A DNA stretch of 64,000 nt, taken from the NCBI GenBank assembly GCA_039024555.1, contig JBCCQQ010000018.1, forward strand, positions 1 to 64,000, written 5' to 3'. Every line of letters begins with the position of its first letter. Position 1 is the first letter of the stretch. The stretch comes from Cyanobacteria bacterium P01_D01_bin.156. Its GTDB lineage: Bacteria > Cyanobacteriota > Cyanobacteriia > Phormidesmidales > Phormidesmidaceae. Position numbers and translations under genes: made by a program. This document shows positions 22,133 to 32,018 of this stretch, one piece after another. The notes under the pieces are model-generated. The model was not told the origin of the DNA, searched no databases, and saw nothing but the letters and a program-made list of their open reading frames with translations.

Positions 22133-23668
22133 GTGGCATTTGCATCAACTGATCATGAGACAGATGATAAAAAGTTTCGTGAGTTACAGGCGACGCTCGC
22201 TAAGTGTTGGCAACCTGTAAATTGTTTTGATCGTGCTCCTAGACAGATTTTGGTAGTACCATCCCTCAGTCTTGATCAAGAGGAGCTAGTGAAGATCGAA
22301 GGGGTGCACCATTATGAAGAACGACTACTTTTTTCATTACTGCATTTACGCAATCCCAATACGTCTCTAATTTATGTAACGTCACAGCCACTACACCCTA
22401 GTGTTGTTGATTATTATTTGGAGCTGCTTCCTGGTATTCCCAGCTCTCATGCTCAAAACAGGCTTAGTTTATTTGCCACTTACGATGGTTCACGGTGTCC
22501 TTTAACAGAAAAGATCCTTAGCCGACCGCGTTTAGTTGAGCGACTTCGCCAGTGTCTGCGGTCATCTGAAGCTTATATGGTGTGCTTCAATTCGACGATG
22601 TTGGAAAAACAGCTGGCACTGACACTAAATATTCCACTGATGGCAGTATCACCACATTTGTTAGATCTGGGCACTAAGGCAGGCAGTCGACAAATTTTTT
22701 CAGATTGTGGTGTGTCGCATCCTGAAGGGAGTGTTATATATCGGGATGTTAATAAATTAGCAGTAGCTACTGCTAATCTCTGGCAGCAGCAGCCAGACTT
22801 ACAGCGGATTGTTATTAAGCTCAATGAAGGATTTTCAGGTGAGGGTAATGCGCTGTTGATGCTAAATAAGCTGGCAACAGTGAGACCAGCACATAGTGCT
22901 AATGACTGGACTTCACAGCTTATGCTTGAAGCCTTTAAAGATATGCGTTTCCAGTGTGTTCATGAAACATGGGAGCATTTTAGGCAGAAAATCGAAGAGC
23001 TGGGTGCGATCGCAGAAGCCTTTATTGAGGGTGACATCAAACGGTCTCCGAGCGTGCAGGGGCACATTACCCCCTTTGGAGATGTGGAAATCCTTTCTAC
23101 TCACGATCAGATTTTAGGTGGGCCAGACGGACAGATATTTTTGGGTTGTCGTTTTCCAGCTGATGCGGCTTATCGAATGGAATTGCAGGAAATGGGACGA
23201 CGTGTGGGTAGGGCTTTAGCACAGCGCGGGGCTTTGGAACGCTATAGTGTGGATTTTATTGCGGTTCAAACAGGGGCTGAGAGTTGGGAGCTTAATGCTA
23301 TTGAAATTAATCTGCGTAAAGGCGGTACGACGCACCCCTTTATGGCCTTACAGCTATTGACCAATGGTCGTTATAATTCAGAAGACGGTCAGTTCTATAC
23401 CCTTCAAGGCCAGCCTAAATATTATCGAGCCTCTGATAATCTCCAGAAAGAACAATATAAAGGTTTGCTGCCTAATGATCTGATGGACATCATTATGCTA
23501 GAACAGCTGCATTTTAATTCCATTGCGGGTACAGGAGCCGCGTTTCATCTTATGGGTTGTTTATCAGAATATGGCAAGCTTGGCCTCACCTGTATTGGTA
23601 ATACGCCTGAAGAAGCCGAAAAGATTTATGAACAAGTTGTCAATGCGCTAGATCGGGCCACCTGTTAG
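22133..23668 (+). CDS. PGM1-related ATP-grasp peptide-ligase-like protein
   Basis: Pre-ATP-grasp region (HYEERLLF), IKLNEGFSGEGN, EAFIEG..KRSPSVQ and IEINLRKGGTTHP. GTG at 22133 lies 5 nt after AGGAG (ORF track start is 22127). Confidence 0.8.
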   Translation: MAFASTDHETDDKKFRELQATLAKCWQPVNCFDRAPRQILVVPSLSLDQEELVKIEGVHHYEERLLFSLLHLRNPNTSLIYVTSQPLHPSVVDYYLELLPGIPSSHAQNRLSLFATYDGSRCPLTEKILSRPRLVERLRQCLRSSEAYMVCFNSTMLEKQLALTLNIPLMAVSPHLLDLGTKAGSRQIFSDCGVSHPEGSVIYRDVNKLAVATANLWQQQPDLQRIVIKLNEGFSGEGNALLMLNKLATVRPAHSANDWTSQLMLEAFKDMRFQCVHETWEHFRQKIEELGAIAEAFIEGDIKRSPSVQGHITPFGDVEILSTHDQILGGPDGQIFLGCRFPADAAYRMELQEMGRRVGRALAQRGALERYSVDFIAVQTGAESWELNAIEINLRKGGTTHPFMALQLLTNGRYNSEDGQFYTLQGQPKYYRASDNLQKEQYKGLLPNDLMDIIMLEQLHFNSIAGTGAAFHLMGCLSEYGKLGLTCIGNTPEEAEKIYEQVVNALDRATC

Positions 23669-24150
23669 CGGTTTTTCATCATGCGGGCAATGTCACGTTT
23701 TTCCTGTTTCTGCTTGAGGGACTCCCGTTTATCGTGAAGTTTTTTACCCCGCCCAATTGCAATGTTAACTTTGACACGCCCCTTTTTTAGATAAAGCTTG
23801 AGAGGAACAAGGGTTAAGCCTTTTTCTTCAACTTTGCCGATCAGTTTCCGAATCTCTGCTTTGTGAAGTAGCAATCGGCGTGGCCTTCGTGGGGCATGAT
23901 TGTAGGCTTGATTGGTCATATTATGGGGCGAAATATGGACATTAAGCAGCCATACTTCACCCTCTTTGACCTGGGCATAGCCATCCCGTAGGTTGACCTT
24001 GCCAGCACGAACTGATTTAACTTCAGTCCCTCTTAACTCGATACCCGCTTCATAGCTTTCTAAAATTTCGTAGGTAAAGCGAGCCTGACGATTATCAGCC
24101 ATGACCTTAAAGCCATCACTGGGCTGGGATTTTTTGTTCGTTTTCGCCAT
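23665..24150 (-). CDS. smpB: SsrA-binding protein SmpB
   Basis: EAGIELRGTEVKSVR, RRLLLHK and GKKLHDKRE. Confidence 0.98.
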   Translation of the reverse strand: MAKTNKKSQPSDGFKVMADNRQARFTYEILESYEAGIELRGTEVKSVRAGKVNLRDGYAQVKEGEVWLLNVHISPHNMTNQAYNHAPRRPRRLLLHKAEIRKLIGKVEEKGLTLVPLKLYLKKGRVKVNIAIGRGKKLHDKRESLKQKQEKRDIARMMKNR

Positions 24151-24185
24151 AAGCACCTTCTACCTAGGCTTGTTATTGTAGCGAG

Positions 24186-24452
24186 CTATTCCACCACTAC
24201 ACACCATTCATGTAGTTCATAGTTAACACAGCCATTTTGGATCAATGGATCCGCTTGGACGATGGCCTTAGCTTCTTCTAAGTTGGCTGCTTGGAATAGC
24301 AGCATGCCACCACCACGCTCTTTCCAATAGCCAGTTTTGGCTTGATGGCCTTGAGAAATTAGTTGTTTAACATAGGACATATGAGCTGGCACAAACTGAT
24401 CAAATATTGACTTATCAACAATGCCGTGCTCAATTTTGACAAACCAAGCCAT
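24186..24452 (-). CDS. YciI family protein
   Basis: MAWFVKIE...VPAHMSY...GGGMLLF...ADPLI. Start placed at ATG 24452; the upstream ORF extension looks non-coding. Confidence 0.85.
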   Translation of the reverse strand: MAWFVKIEHGIVDKSIFDQFVPAHMSYVKQLISQGHQAKTGYWKERGGGMLLFQAANLEEAKAIVQADPLIQNGCVNYELHEWCVVVE

Positions 24453-24709
24453 AGGTAATCTTGGATACAGGGTAAGTTGCTTAAATAGATTGTACTGAGC
24501 CCTGTAGCAGAGAGTATTAGAGTGAAAGCTGGCTTCTACACATGTTACATACAGAAGCCAGTAGTGATTCTGGTTGTAATGAAGTAGAACCCAAAGAACC
24601 TGTAGCAACACCTGGGAGGGAGTTTCTTAAAAAAGCTCGCCTATCTACCGGTTTGTTCTCCTCATACTGATTAATGCGGATGAGCTATAAGGAAATGCAA
24701 AATTAGTTT

Positions 24710-25250
24710 ATGTATCCGCAGAAATTCTTCATCGCTCTTTTACCTTCTCTGGAAGTCCAGCCAGCCAGCCATGAAATTAAAGAGTATTTTGCGAAGCACT
24801 ATAGTGCTCAGAAAACGTTTAATTCCCCCCTCAGATCAACCCGTAGCCATCATTTGAATGGTCTAGCTCTGTGAATATCGAGGTGCTAACAGACAGATTG
24901 AAAGATTTTTCTGCGCAGAAAGATAAAATTGCGATCGCTCTCTGAGATTTTGGTGCATTCTCTCCAAAAGTTATCTACGTAGATGTTGTTCAAAGCCCTG
25001 GTTTAATATCTCTTCAACAAGAATTGGCGCGATTGATGAGGACTCACTCCGAGCTGATGGAGCGTCACTATCCCAGTTTTTTCCCCGTATAACGATTTCC
25101 TTTCGAGATTTAACCAAAGTCTTTTTTTATCAAGTATGGCCTGACTTTCAGGCTAAGGGATTAGCCTTGAGTTGTGTTGTAAAAAAACTCACATTGCTCC
25201 GCCATGATGGTCAACAGTGTCAAATTTTTGAAGAGTATAATTTCAAATAA
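24710..25250 (+). pseudogene. Pseudogene of a 2'-5' RNA ligase-like (2H phosphoesterase) protein
   Basis: Reads KFFIALLPSLEVQ..HEIKEYFAKHY..FNSP / PQINP*PSFEW..IAIAL*DFGAFSPKVIYVDV..YPSF / PRITISFRDLTK..VWPDF..LTLLRHDGQ..EYNFK*. It has two frameshifts, two in-frame stops and both HxT motifs altered. Confidence 0.85.
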
Positions 25251-25255
25251 CAGGA

Positions 25256-25882
25256 TTAGTGATGATACTGCCAAGCTGCTTGAAAAAAGTCTCGTTCGCA
25301 GACCATGGCGTAACGATACGTAGACTGAATTAACTCACTATCCTCTGTGTAATCATCCACAAGTGCTTCAAGCTGAGTGGCCAGGGGCTCAAAATCATCG
25401 CTGCTGTAAGTGGTAATCCAGTCTTTGTATGTATGCTCTGGAATACCCGTTTGGGCTAATTTCTGACCTAGGTAGGCGTATAGTCGCATACAAGGAGACA
25501 TCGCTACTGCTGTTACGCCTATGGGCTGGCTCCACGCTGTGGCTAATAAAAAGTCCGTGTACTGACGGGTTGCAGTTCCAGGACATACTTGAGTCAAATC
25601 TACATTCCATGTTTGGGCATAGCTTTGATGGAGCTTCAGCTCTGCTAATACTCCCGCCGCTAAGTCATGAAATATATTGAAGCTCTGCCATGTGGGAGCC
25701 TTGGCTGCAGCAATGCTATAGGCTCGTGCAAAGGCCTCTAGAAAAAAGGCGTCCTGCCCTACGTAGTAAGCAAAGTTGGCTTGGGGGAGGGTGCCATCGG
25801 CAATACCTTGGACAAACGGGTGGAAAAGACTCTCATTGGCAAGATCGAGATGCTGTTGCCAGAGCTTAGAAGAAAGGGCCAT
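25256..25882 (-). CDS. tenA: TenA family protein (thiaminase II / aminopyrimidine aminohydrolase)
   Basis: HPFVQGIADGTL, YVGQDAFFL, PCMRLY (catalytic Cys), YKDWITTY and CERDFF. Confidence 0.88.
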   Translation of the reverse strand: MALSSKLWQQHLDLANESLFHPFVQGIADGTLPQANFAYYVGQDAFFLEAFARAYSIAAAKAPTWQSFNIFHDLAAGVLAELKLHQSYAQTWNVDLTQVCPGTATRQYTDFLLATAWSQPIGVTAVAMSPCMRLYAYLGQKLAQTGIPEHTYKDWITTYSSDDFEPLATQLEALVDDYTEDSELIQSTYRYAMVCERDFFQAAWQYHH

Positions 25883-25955
25883 GGGAGATGGGGCAAAATC
25901 AATCGGATTGCGGGTGACATTATAGAATTAATAGGCCATGTCCATCTGGTGCTAA

Positions 25956-27081
25956 ATGTTAGATTTGTCCGATCTTAAACGCGAAAGCGAGCTGCTCACT
26001 AATCGCCTGAGCAAAGCTCAGGAGTACCTTTGACTTGCCTGCTATTCAAGCAAAAATTGACGATCTAGAGCAGGTCGCTGCTCAGCCAGATTTCTGGGAC
26101 GATCAGGAACAAGCTCAAAAAACGCTGCAAACCCTGAACGAGTATAAATCCTATTTAGAGCAACTGCAGATCTGGACGACTCAGCTTGGAGACATTCAGA
26201 CTATCGCAGAGTTGCTGGAAATGGAGGCGGATCCAGCATTACTGGCTGAAGCTCAAGAAACCGCCGAAAATTTAGCAAAATCCTTGGACCAGTGGGAGCT
26301 ACAGCAACTTTTGTCGGGCCCTTATGATAAAAGTAGCGCAGTGGTGACCATTAATGCTGGAGCCGGGGGTACAGATGCCCAAGACTGGGCTGAGATGTTA
26401 TTACGTATGTACACTCGCTGGTGTGAGCAACATGACTACCGCATCAAGCTAGTAGAAGAATCAAAAGGCGATGAAGCGGGGCTGAAATCAGCCACCCTTG
26501 AAATCGATGGTCGCTATGCCTACGGATATCTAAAAGCTGAAAAGGGTACTCATCGATTGGTTAGAATTTCTCCGTTTAACGCTAATGGTAAACGGCAAAC
26601 TAGCTTTGCTGGTGTGGAAGTAATGCCCGTTTTGGATACCAATGTTGAGGTGGAGATTCCAGACAAGGACCTAGAAATCAAAACGTCTCGTTCGGGCGGG
26701 GCTGGTGGACAGAATGTAAACAAGGTAGAAACTGCTGTGCGTATTACTCACCTACCGACAGGAATCTCTGTACGCTGCACCCAGGAGCGATCGCAGCTGC
26801 AGAACCGTGAAAAGGCCATGGCCTTGCTTAAGGCGAAGCTGTTAGTTATTGCCCAAGAACAACAGGCCCAAGCTGTAGCGGATATTCGTGGTGACATGGT
26901 GGAGGCTGCCTGGGGTAATCAAATTCGTAACTATGTCTTTCATCCATATCAGATGGTGAAAGATCTACGGACTAATGTGGAAACCACCGCTGTGGAAGAT
27001 GTCATGAATGGGGATCTCGATTCATTTATCGAAGCACTTCTCCAGCAGGAAAATCAAATCACCCAAGACGCTGCGGTATAG
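25956..27081 (+). CDS. prfB: Peptide chain release factor 2 (programmed +1 frameshift)
   Basis: ORF1 [25 protein letters not shown] ends at CTT TGA C (26028-26034); ORF2 carries the SPF and GGQ motifs. Confidence 0.97.
26020..26034 (+). promoter_or_regulatory. prfB +1 ribosomal frameshift cassette
   Basis: Internal SD-like AGGAG, a 3-nt spacer, then CTTTGAC. Confidence 0.95.
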
Positions 27082-27157
27082 CAAGTCCCTGGGAGACCTG
27101 ATACATTACTTAATGTTAAGCGCGCCTTTCAACAGATTTAAGAAGGTACCCGTTGTT

Positions 27158-27331
27158 ATGTCCCAATCTCAACCCCCCGTTCAAGGCTCGACTACTGAGC
27201 CAGCTCCTAGTTACGTCAAGCTAGCCATGCGTAACATGGTGAAAAAAGGTGGTAAGTCTCTGTTTCACTTTTTCCTCACGAGTGTGGGTTTGCTGGGTGT
27301 ACTAGTTGCCTTGGCCTATCTCACGCGCTAA
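27158..27331 (+). CDS. DUF3285-type small membrane protein
   Basis: PSYVKLAMRNMVKKGGKSLFHFFLT..LAYLTR; conserved position between prfB and ybeY; TAATG overlap with ybeY. Confidence 0.85.
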   Translation: MSQSQPPVQGSTTEPAPSYVKLAMRNMVKKGGKSLFHFFLTSVGLLGVLVALAYLTR

Positions 27332-27846
27332 TGCCATTACCAGGAAAGCCTGAAGTCGAATTATGGGTTGAGACTGCTGACATTGAGCGTCTGGTTCTTT
27401 CTTGCGAGCTACCTGATATCGACGCTTGGCAATCTTGGTTTAATATTTGGCTTCAAGTCTTAAACCCCACACTATCTCCTATTAACCGGTATGAGGTTAG
27501 TCTTTTACTGACTGACGATGCCGCTATCCAGGGCCTCAATGCTACTTATCGTCACCAGGACAAGGCGACGGATGTTTTAGCGTTTGCCGCCCAAGAGGCA
27601 TCCATGCCAGGCAGTCAGGATGTTTATCAAAATGTCTCTATGCCTCTCGGTGACTTAGTGATTTCTGTAGAAACTGCCCAAAGACAGCGTCATGGAGCTA
27701 ATTACTCGTTAGCGCAAGAACTTGCTTGGCTGGCTGCCCATGGTTTCTTACATTTGCTGGGTTGGGATCATCCTGATGATGATAGTTTGCAAAAAATGCT
27801 AGATCAGCAAGCTCATCTGTTGCAGTACATCAACTTAGCTTTGTAA
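27331..27846 (+). CDS. ybeY: rRNA maturation endoribonuclease YbeY
   Basis: LNATYRHQDKATDVLAF, LGDLVIS and HGFLHLLGWDH. Confidence 0.96.
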   Translation: MPLPGKPEVELWVETADIERLVLSCELPDIDAWQSWFNIWLQVLNPTLSPINRYEVSLLLTDDAAIQGLNATYRHQDKATDVLAFAAQEASMPGSQDVYQNVSMPLGDLVISVETAQRQRHGANYSLAQELAWLAAHGFLHLLGWDHPDDDSLQKMLDQQAHLLQYINLAL

Positions 27847-28117
27847 TTGGGGCTTTTCCAGTGAAGTAAGTGTTAATTCTTCAGTCTGGATAGGTAATAT
27901 ACGATCATAGATTTTGATGAAGGTTAACATAGGCTGCGAAATGCTTATTCTTTCGGGAACCTATCTAGTAGTTTCAGGCTTCGATTAATTTGGGCTTGAA
28001 GTAATTATTAGCTGCTTTTGGTGCCAAGTATGAGTCATTTCTCAGGTTAATGCCGACTCAGTCAATCAGTTTTGTACCTTTGTCCTAGCTGAAAACCCTC
28101 ACTTCTAAGGTTCGTGC

Positions 28118-28561
28118 ATGTCTATTTCATCTAACCTTCAATCCATTCCCAAGAGTAAAAAGGAAAGCAAGACTGCTTGGCAGGTTGCCCCAAATCTCTT
28201 AACCAGTTTTCGGTATGCGTGGGCTGGAATTCTCTATGCAACTAGAACTCAAAGAAATTTTCGTATTCATTTAGTAATTGCTCTAGCTGCACTATGTCTG
28301 GGCATTATTCTCCACATCAATACGTTAGAAGCAGCGGTGATAGCCGTTACCATCAGCGCTGTTCTAATAATGGAGCTCATGAATACTGCTCTGGAGTCTG
28401 TAGTGGACTTAACAGTTGGACAAACGTATCACGAATTGGCCAAGATAGCTAAAGACTGTGCTGCTGGTGCTGTACTCATTTCTGCAATAGCCGCTCTGCT
28501 TGTGGCAGGATTTATATACTTACCACCGTTCCTAGTGATGTTACATATAGGGATCGCGTAA
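28118..28561 (+). CDS. dgkA: Prokaryotic diacylglycerol/undecaprenol kinase family protein
   Basis: [28 protein letters not shown] and AKDCAAGAV. Confidence 0.9.
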   Translation: MSISSNLQSIPKSKKESKTAWQVAPNLLTSFRYAWAGILYATRTQRNFRIHLVIALAALCLGIILHINTLEAAVIAVTISAVLIMELMNTALESVVDLTVGQTYHELAKIAKDCAAGAVLISAIAALLVAGFIYLPPFLVMLHIGIA

Positions 28562-28589
28562 GTTAGGCCAACTAAGCTTTAGGTCAGCA

Positions 28590-29201
28590 ATGATTCTAGT
28601 CATTGATAATTACGATAGTTTTACTTATAACCTGGTTCAGTATCTAGGCGAGTTGGGGCAATCCCTATCCGTTGCAGAGGATATTAAAGTATTTCGAAAC
28701 GACCAAATTTCGATTGATGATATCTGCAGCTTGAATCCCCATGGCATTTTGATTTCTCCCGGCCCTGGTACCCCGAATGATGCAGGGATTTCCCTTGAAG
28801 TGATTGAGAAACTTGGTCCGACGATACCTATACTTGGTGTGTGTTTAGGGCATCAGAGTATTGGTCAAGTGTTTGGTGGAGCTGTCGTAGCGGCTTCTGA
28901 ATTGATGCATGGTAAAACGTCGCCCGTTCACCATAGCAGTCAAGGTGTTTTTGCTGGCCTAACAAATCCTTTTACCGCGACACGGTATCACAGCCTGGTT
29001 GTGGAGCGAGCGAGCTGCCCTGATTGTTTAGAAATTACTGCTTGGATTGATGATGGCACCATTATGGGGCTGCGCCATCGTCACTATCCCCACATTCAGG
29101 GAGTGCAATTTCATCCAGAAAGTGTACTAACCAATTCTGGCAAACAGTTGCTACATAACTTCCTGAGTTCAATTCCTATATCGGTTCAGATTGCTGCCTA
29201 G
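28590..29201 (+). CDS. trpG: Anthranilate/aminodeoxychorismate synthase glutamine amidotransferase component II
   Basis: [28 protein letters not shown] and QFHPES. Confidence 0.93.
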   Translation: MILVIDNYDSFTYNLVQYLGELGQSLSVAEDIKVFRNDQISIDDICSLNPHGILISPGPGTPNDAGISLEVIEKLGPTIPILGVCLGHQSIGQVFGGAVVAASELMHGKTSPVHHSSQGVFAGLTNPFTATRYHSLVVERASCPDCLEITAWIDDGTIMGLRHRHYPHIQGVQFHPESVLTNSGKQLLHNFLSSIPISVQIAA

Positions 29202-29500
29202 AGCATCCTTAGCTTGGTTAGGAATGTCTCAAGGACTGTGGATAGATCGAAAAGTCCTTAGAATTATTATCAGTTGCTGAACTTTCGAATTTTTCTGTCC
29301 ATGTATAGCAGCGTCTTTGCCATGGCATGGCTGCTCCGTGTTTTATGCAACCACTATGGGAATGCCTGCCAAAAAGTTGACTAAGCTTACTTATAGAGAT
29401 AACGAACTCAGAAAACTGTCTATCCTACTGCAACAGTGTTCCAGGGCTGTGGCACTATATCAAGTCATGGGTAGTAAATCTTGATGGGATGTAAAACACT

Positions 29501-30262
29501 ATGAAACGGCGGCAACTGCTTCGAAATGCGAGTGCGGCATTCGTGAGTACTTTGGGGCTAGGAATTGCTTCCAATTGGCAAGCCTATCAAGCTCAAACGG
29601 GTACTCTGCAGATTACTTCACTAGGCCACATGTGCTTCAAATTCACGGGCAGTGGTAAAACCGTGTTGACTAATCCTTTTGATCCGCGTGGGTGTACCCA
29701 GGGGTATGCAGCACCTTCTTTAAGTGGTGCGGATTTAGTGCTGATTAGTAGTCGTTTGTTAGATGAGGGATTTATTCCTAAAGACACGCCAGTCACGAAT
29801 CTGTTAGATGAGCCCGGTGCTTACGAGATTGGTGGTCTTGATGTTCAGGGTGTAGGTATGCCCCATGATCGTGAGGGGGGCAGACGTTTTGGAATTAATA
29901 CATCTTGGCTCTGGTCTCAAGCAGGTATCAATATCGTGCATTTGGGTGGAGCAGCGGCTCCCATTGAGCTTGAGGACAAGATTTTAATTGGTCGTCCCGA
30001 TATTCTGTTGGTTCCTGTCGGCGGAGGGCCTAAGGCTTACAATCCGGTAGAAGCGGTTTCCGCAGTAGAAAGTTTACAGCCTAAGCTGATTATTCCTACC
30101 CAGTTTCGCACCAGTGCTGCGAGTGGTAGCTGTGAGTTAGAGCCTGTAGCTGCATTTCTAGACTTAATGGCTGGTACGCCCGTGGATCGAGTTGGTAATA
30201 CACTCACACTGCAGCTAGGGAATTTGCCTAGTAGCGGTATGCGGATTAAGGTGCTGTCTTAA
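29501..30262 (+). CDS. Tat-signal MBL-fold protein with degenerate metal motif
   Basis: MKRRQLL twin-arginine signal; LGHMCF, HLGG, DILLVPVGG and PKLIIP MBL elements. Confidence 0.8.
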   Translation: MKRRQLLRNASAAFVSTLGLGIASNWQAYQAQTGTLQITSLGHMCFKFTGSGKTVLTNPFDPRGCTQGYAAPSLSGADLVLISSRLLDEGFIPKDTPVTNLLDEPGAYEIGGLDVQGVGMPHDREGGRRFGINTSWLWSQAGINIVHLGGAAAPIELEDKILIGRPDILLVPVGGGPKAYNPVEAVSAVESLQPKLIIPTQFRTSAASGSCELEPVAAFLDLMAGTPVDRVGNTLTLQLGNLPSSGMRIKVLS

Positions 30263-30289
30263 TTTAAGAATGACCCACTCCAAATATTT

Positions 30290-31609
30290 ATGAATTCTGA
30301 ACACCAGCAGCGGCGACAGGCCGTAATGAAATGCATTGGTCAAGGGACTGCTATTTTTGGTAGTGCTCCGACGGCAGTGATGCACAATGATGTGGAGCAT
30401 CCGTTTCGACAGAATAGTGATTTTTTCTACCTCACGGGGTTTAATGAGCCAGATGCGATCGCAGTTCTCGCTCCCCATCATGAAGAACATCAGTTCGTTC
30501 TGTTTGTAAGACCTAAAGATAAGGAAAAAGAAACCTGGTCAGGATATCGAACTGGGGTGGACCTTGCTAAGGAAAAATACGGCGCTCAGGAAGCCTATCC
30601 CATTGAAGAGCTTGCTGAAAAGCTTCCCCAATATGTACAGGATGCCGATCGCCTCTACTACCGATTTGGTGACGACGGCCATTTAGATCAGTATATTCTT
30701 ACCCTATGGCGACGCCTTTTAAACAAATATCCAAAGCAAGGGCGTGGCCCGGTTGCCATTGAAGATGGTCGGTTGCTTATGCAGCAATTCCGTCGCCTCA
30801 AAAGTGATGGCGAATTAGCACAGATAAGGCGAGCCATTGCAATATCGGCTAAAGCGCATAATCACGCCATGGCCATCGCGAAACCCGGTCGCTATGAATA
30901 CGAAATTCAAGCGGAAATGGAGCACATTTTTCGCCTAGAGGGTGCCCTCGGACCTGCCTACCCTTCGATTGTGGCTTCTGGGGCCAACGCATGTATATTG
31001 CACTACATCGAAAATAATCGCCAACTCCAGTCCAACGATCTACTGTTGATTGATGCAGGGTGTTCGTATGACTACTACAACGCTGATATAACTCGTACAT
31101 TTCCAGTTAATGACCGCTTTTCCCCTGAGCAACGTATTCTTTATGAACTGGTCCTAGACGCTCAGCTCAAGGCTATCGACTCGGTTGCACCTGGTCGCCC
31201 ATTTAATGACTTTCATGACGCTGCAACCCGCACTATTACGGAGGGTCTGGTGGACTTGGGGTTGCTCTACGGAGACGTGGACACCTTAATTGAAGAAAAA
31301 AAACATAAGGCATTTTTTATGCATGGAACCGGTCACTTTTTAGGGCTGGATGTTCATGATAGTGGTACTCTCAGAAACTCCGATAAAACTTGGCAACCGT
31401 TTGCTCTTGGAAATGTTGTTACCGTTGAGCCTGGTATCTACATTGCTCCAGACTATGAGCCTGTGGAGGGGCAACCCCAGGTGGCTGAACGGTGGCGGGG
31501 AATTGGTATTCGTATTGAAGACGATGTACTAGTAACGTCCACTGGCAATGAAATACTTACCGCTGCGGTGCCCAAGAGCCTGGCCGCTATGGAAAGCCGC
31601 GGGCAGTGA
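30290..31609 (+). CDS. pepP: Xaa-Pro aminopeptidase P
   Basis: FRQNSDFFYLTG, ILHY, LIDAG, ADITRT, HFLGLDVHD, TVEPG and RIEDD. Confidence 0.95.
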   Translation: MNSEHQQRRQAVMKCIGQGTAIFGSAPTAVMHNDVEHPFRQNSDFFYLTGFNEPDAIAVLAPHHEEHQFVLFVRPKDKEKETWSGYRTGVDLAKEKYGAQEAYPIEELAEKLPQYVQDADRLYYRFGDDGHLDQYILTLWRRLLNKYPKQGRGPVAIEDGRLLMQQFRRLKSDGELAQIRRAIAISAKAHNHAMAIAKPGRYEYEIQAEMEHIFRLEGALGPAYPSIVASGANACILHYIENNRQLQSNDLLLIDAGCSYDYYNADITRTFPVNDRFSPEQRILYELVLDAQLKAIDSVAPGRPFNDFHDAATRTITEGLVDLGLLYGDVDTLIEEKKHKAFFMHGTGHFLGLDVHDSGTLRNSDKTWQPFALGNVVTVEPGIYIAPDYEPVEGQPQVAERWRGIGIRIEDDVLVTSTGNEILTAAVPKSLAAMESRGQ

Positions 31610-32018
31610 TAAGTTTCAGTGACGCGTTAATTTGGTAGGCTATCAAATTGAAAATCATTGTCTATACTGGTGCTTCGGTTTGACTGAGTATTTGAGCCAT
31701 TCGCTATCGGTGGCAACAAATTATGTTGTTGAGGGCACACTCAGGCCATATTCAATGGAGTTAAGGGGCCGCAGACAAGCACTCGCAGATTTGCTGGAGC
31801 TTTCCCTACTTGTGCTTCTCGAAACTCATAAAATTTTGAGCTATGGGCCAAAAGCTAGGTTTTGGACTGAAGATGCATGCTTTGAGCGCATGGAAAAAAG
31901 ACAACCTCAATTGCAATGTTTGATGTTCAATGTCCTAAACATTGGCCATAAGCGGTTACCCTGAGTCTTTCCCCTGGGGACGCCTCTTTATTCTGTTGTT
32001 CAAGACCTGTTAGCACCA

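Noticed and set aside
23665..24700. tmRNA gene near smpB
   Set aside because: No tRNA-Ala-like ends found.
25883..25955. TPP riboswitch upstream of tenA
   Set aside because: The spacer is only 73 nt, is shared with prfB and lacks the CUGAGA core.
31632..31964. 110-aa ORF between pepP and the amidase
   Set aside because: TTG start, no clear RBS and no recognisable family on either strand. It cannot be supported without a homology search.
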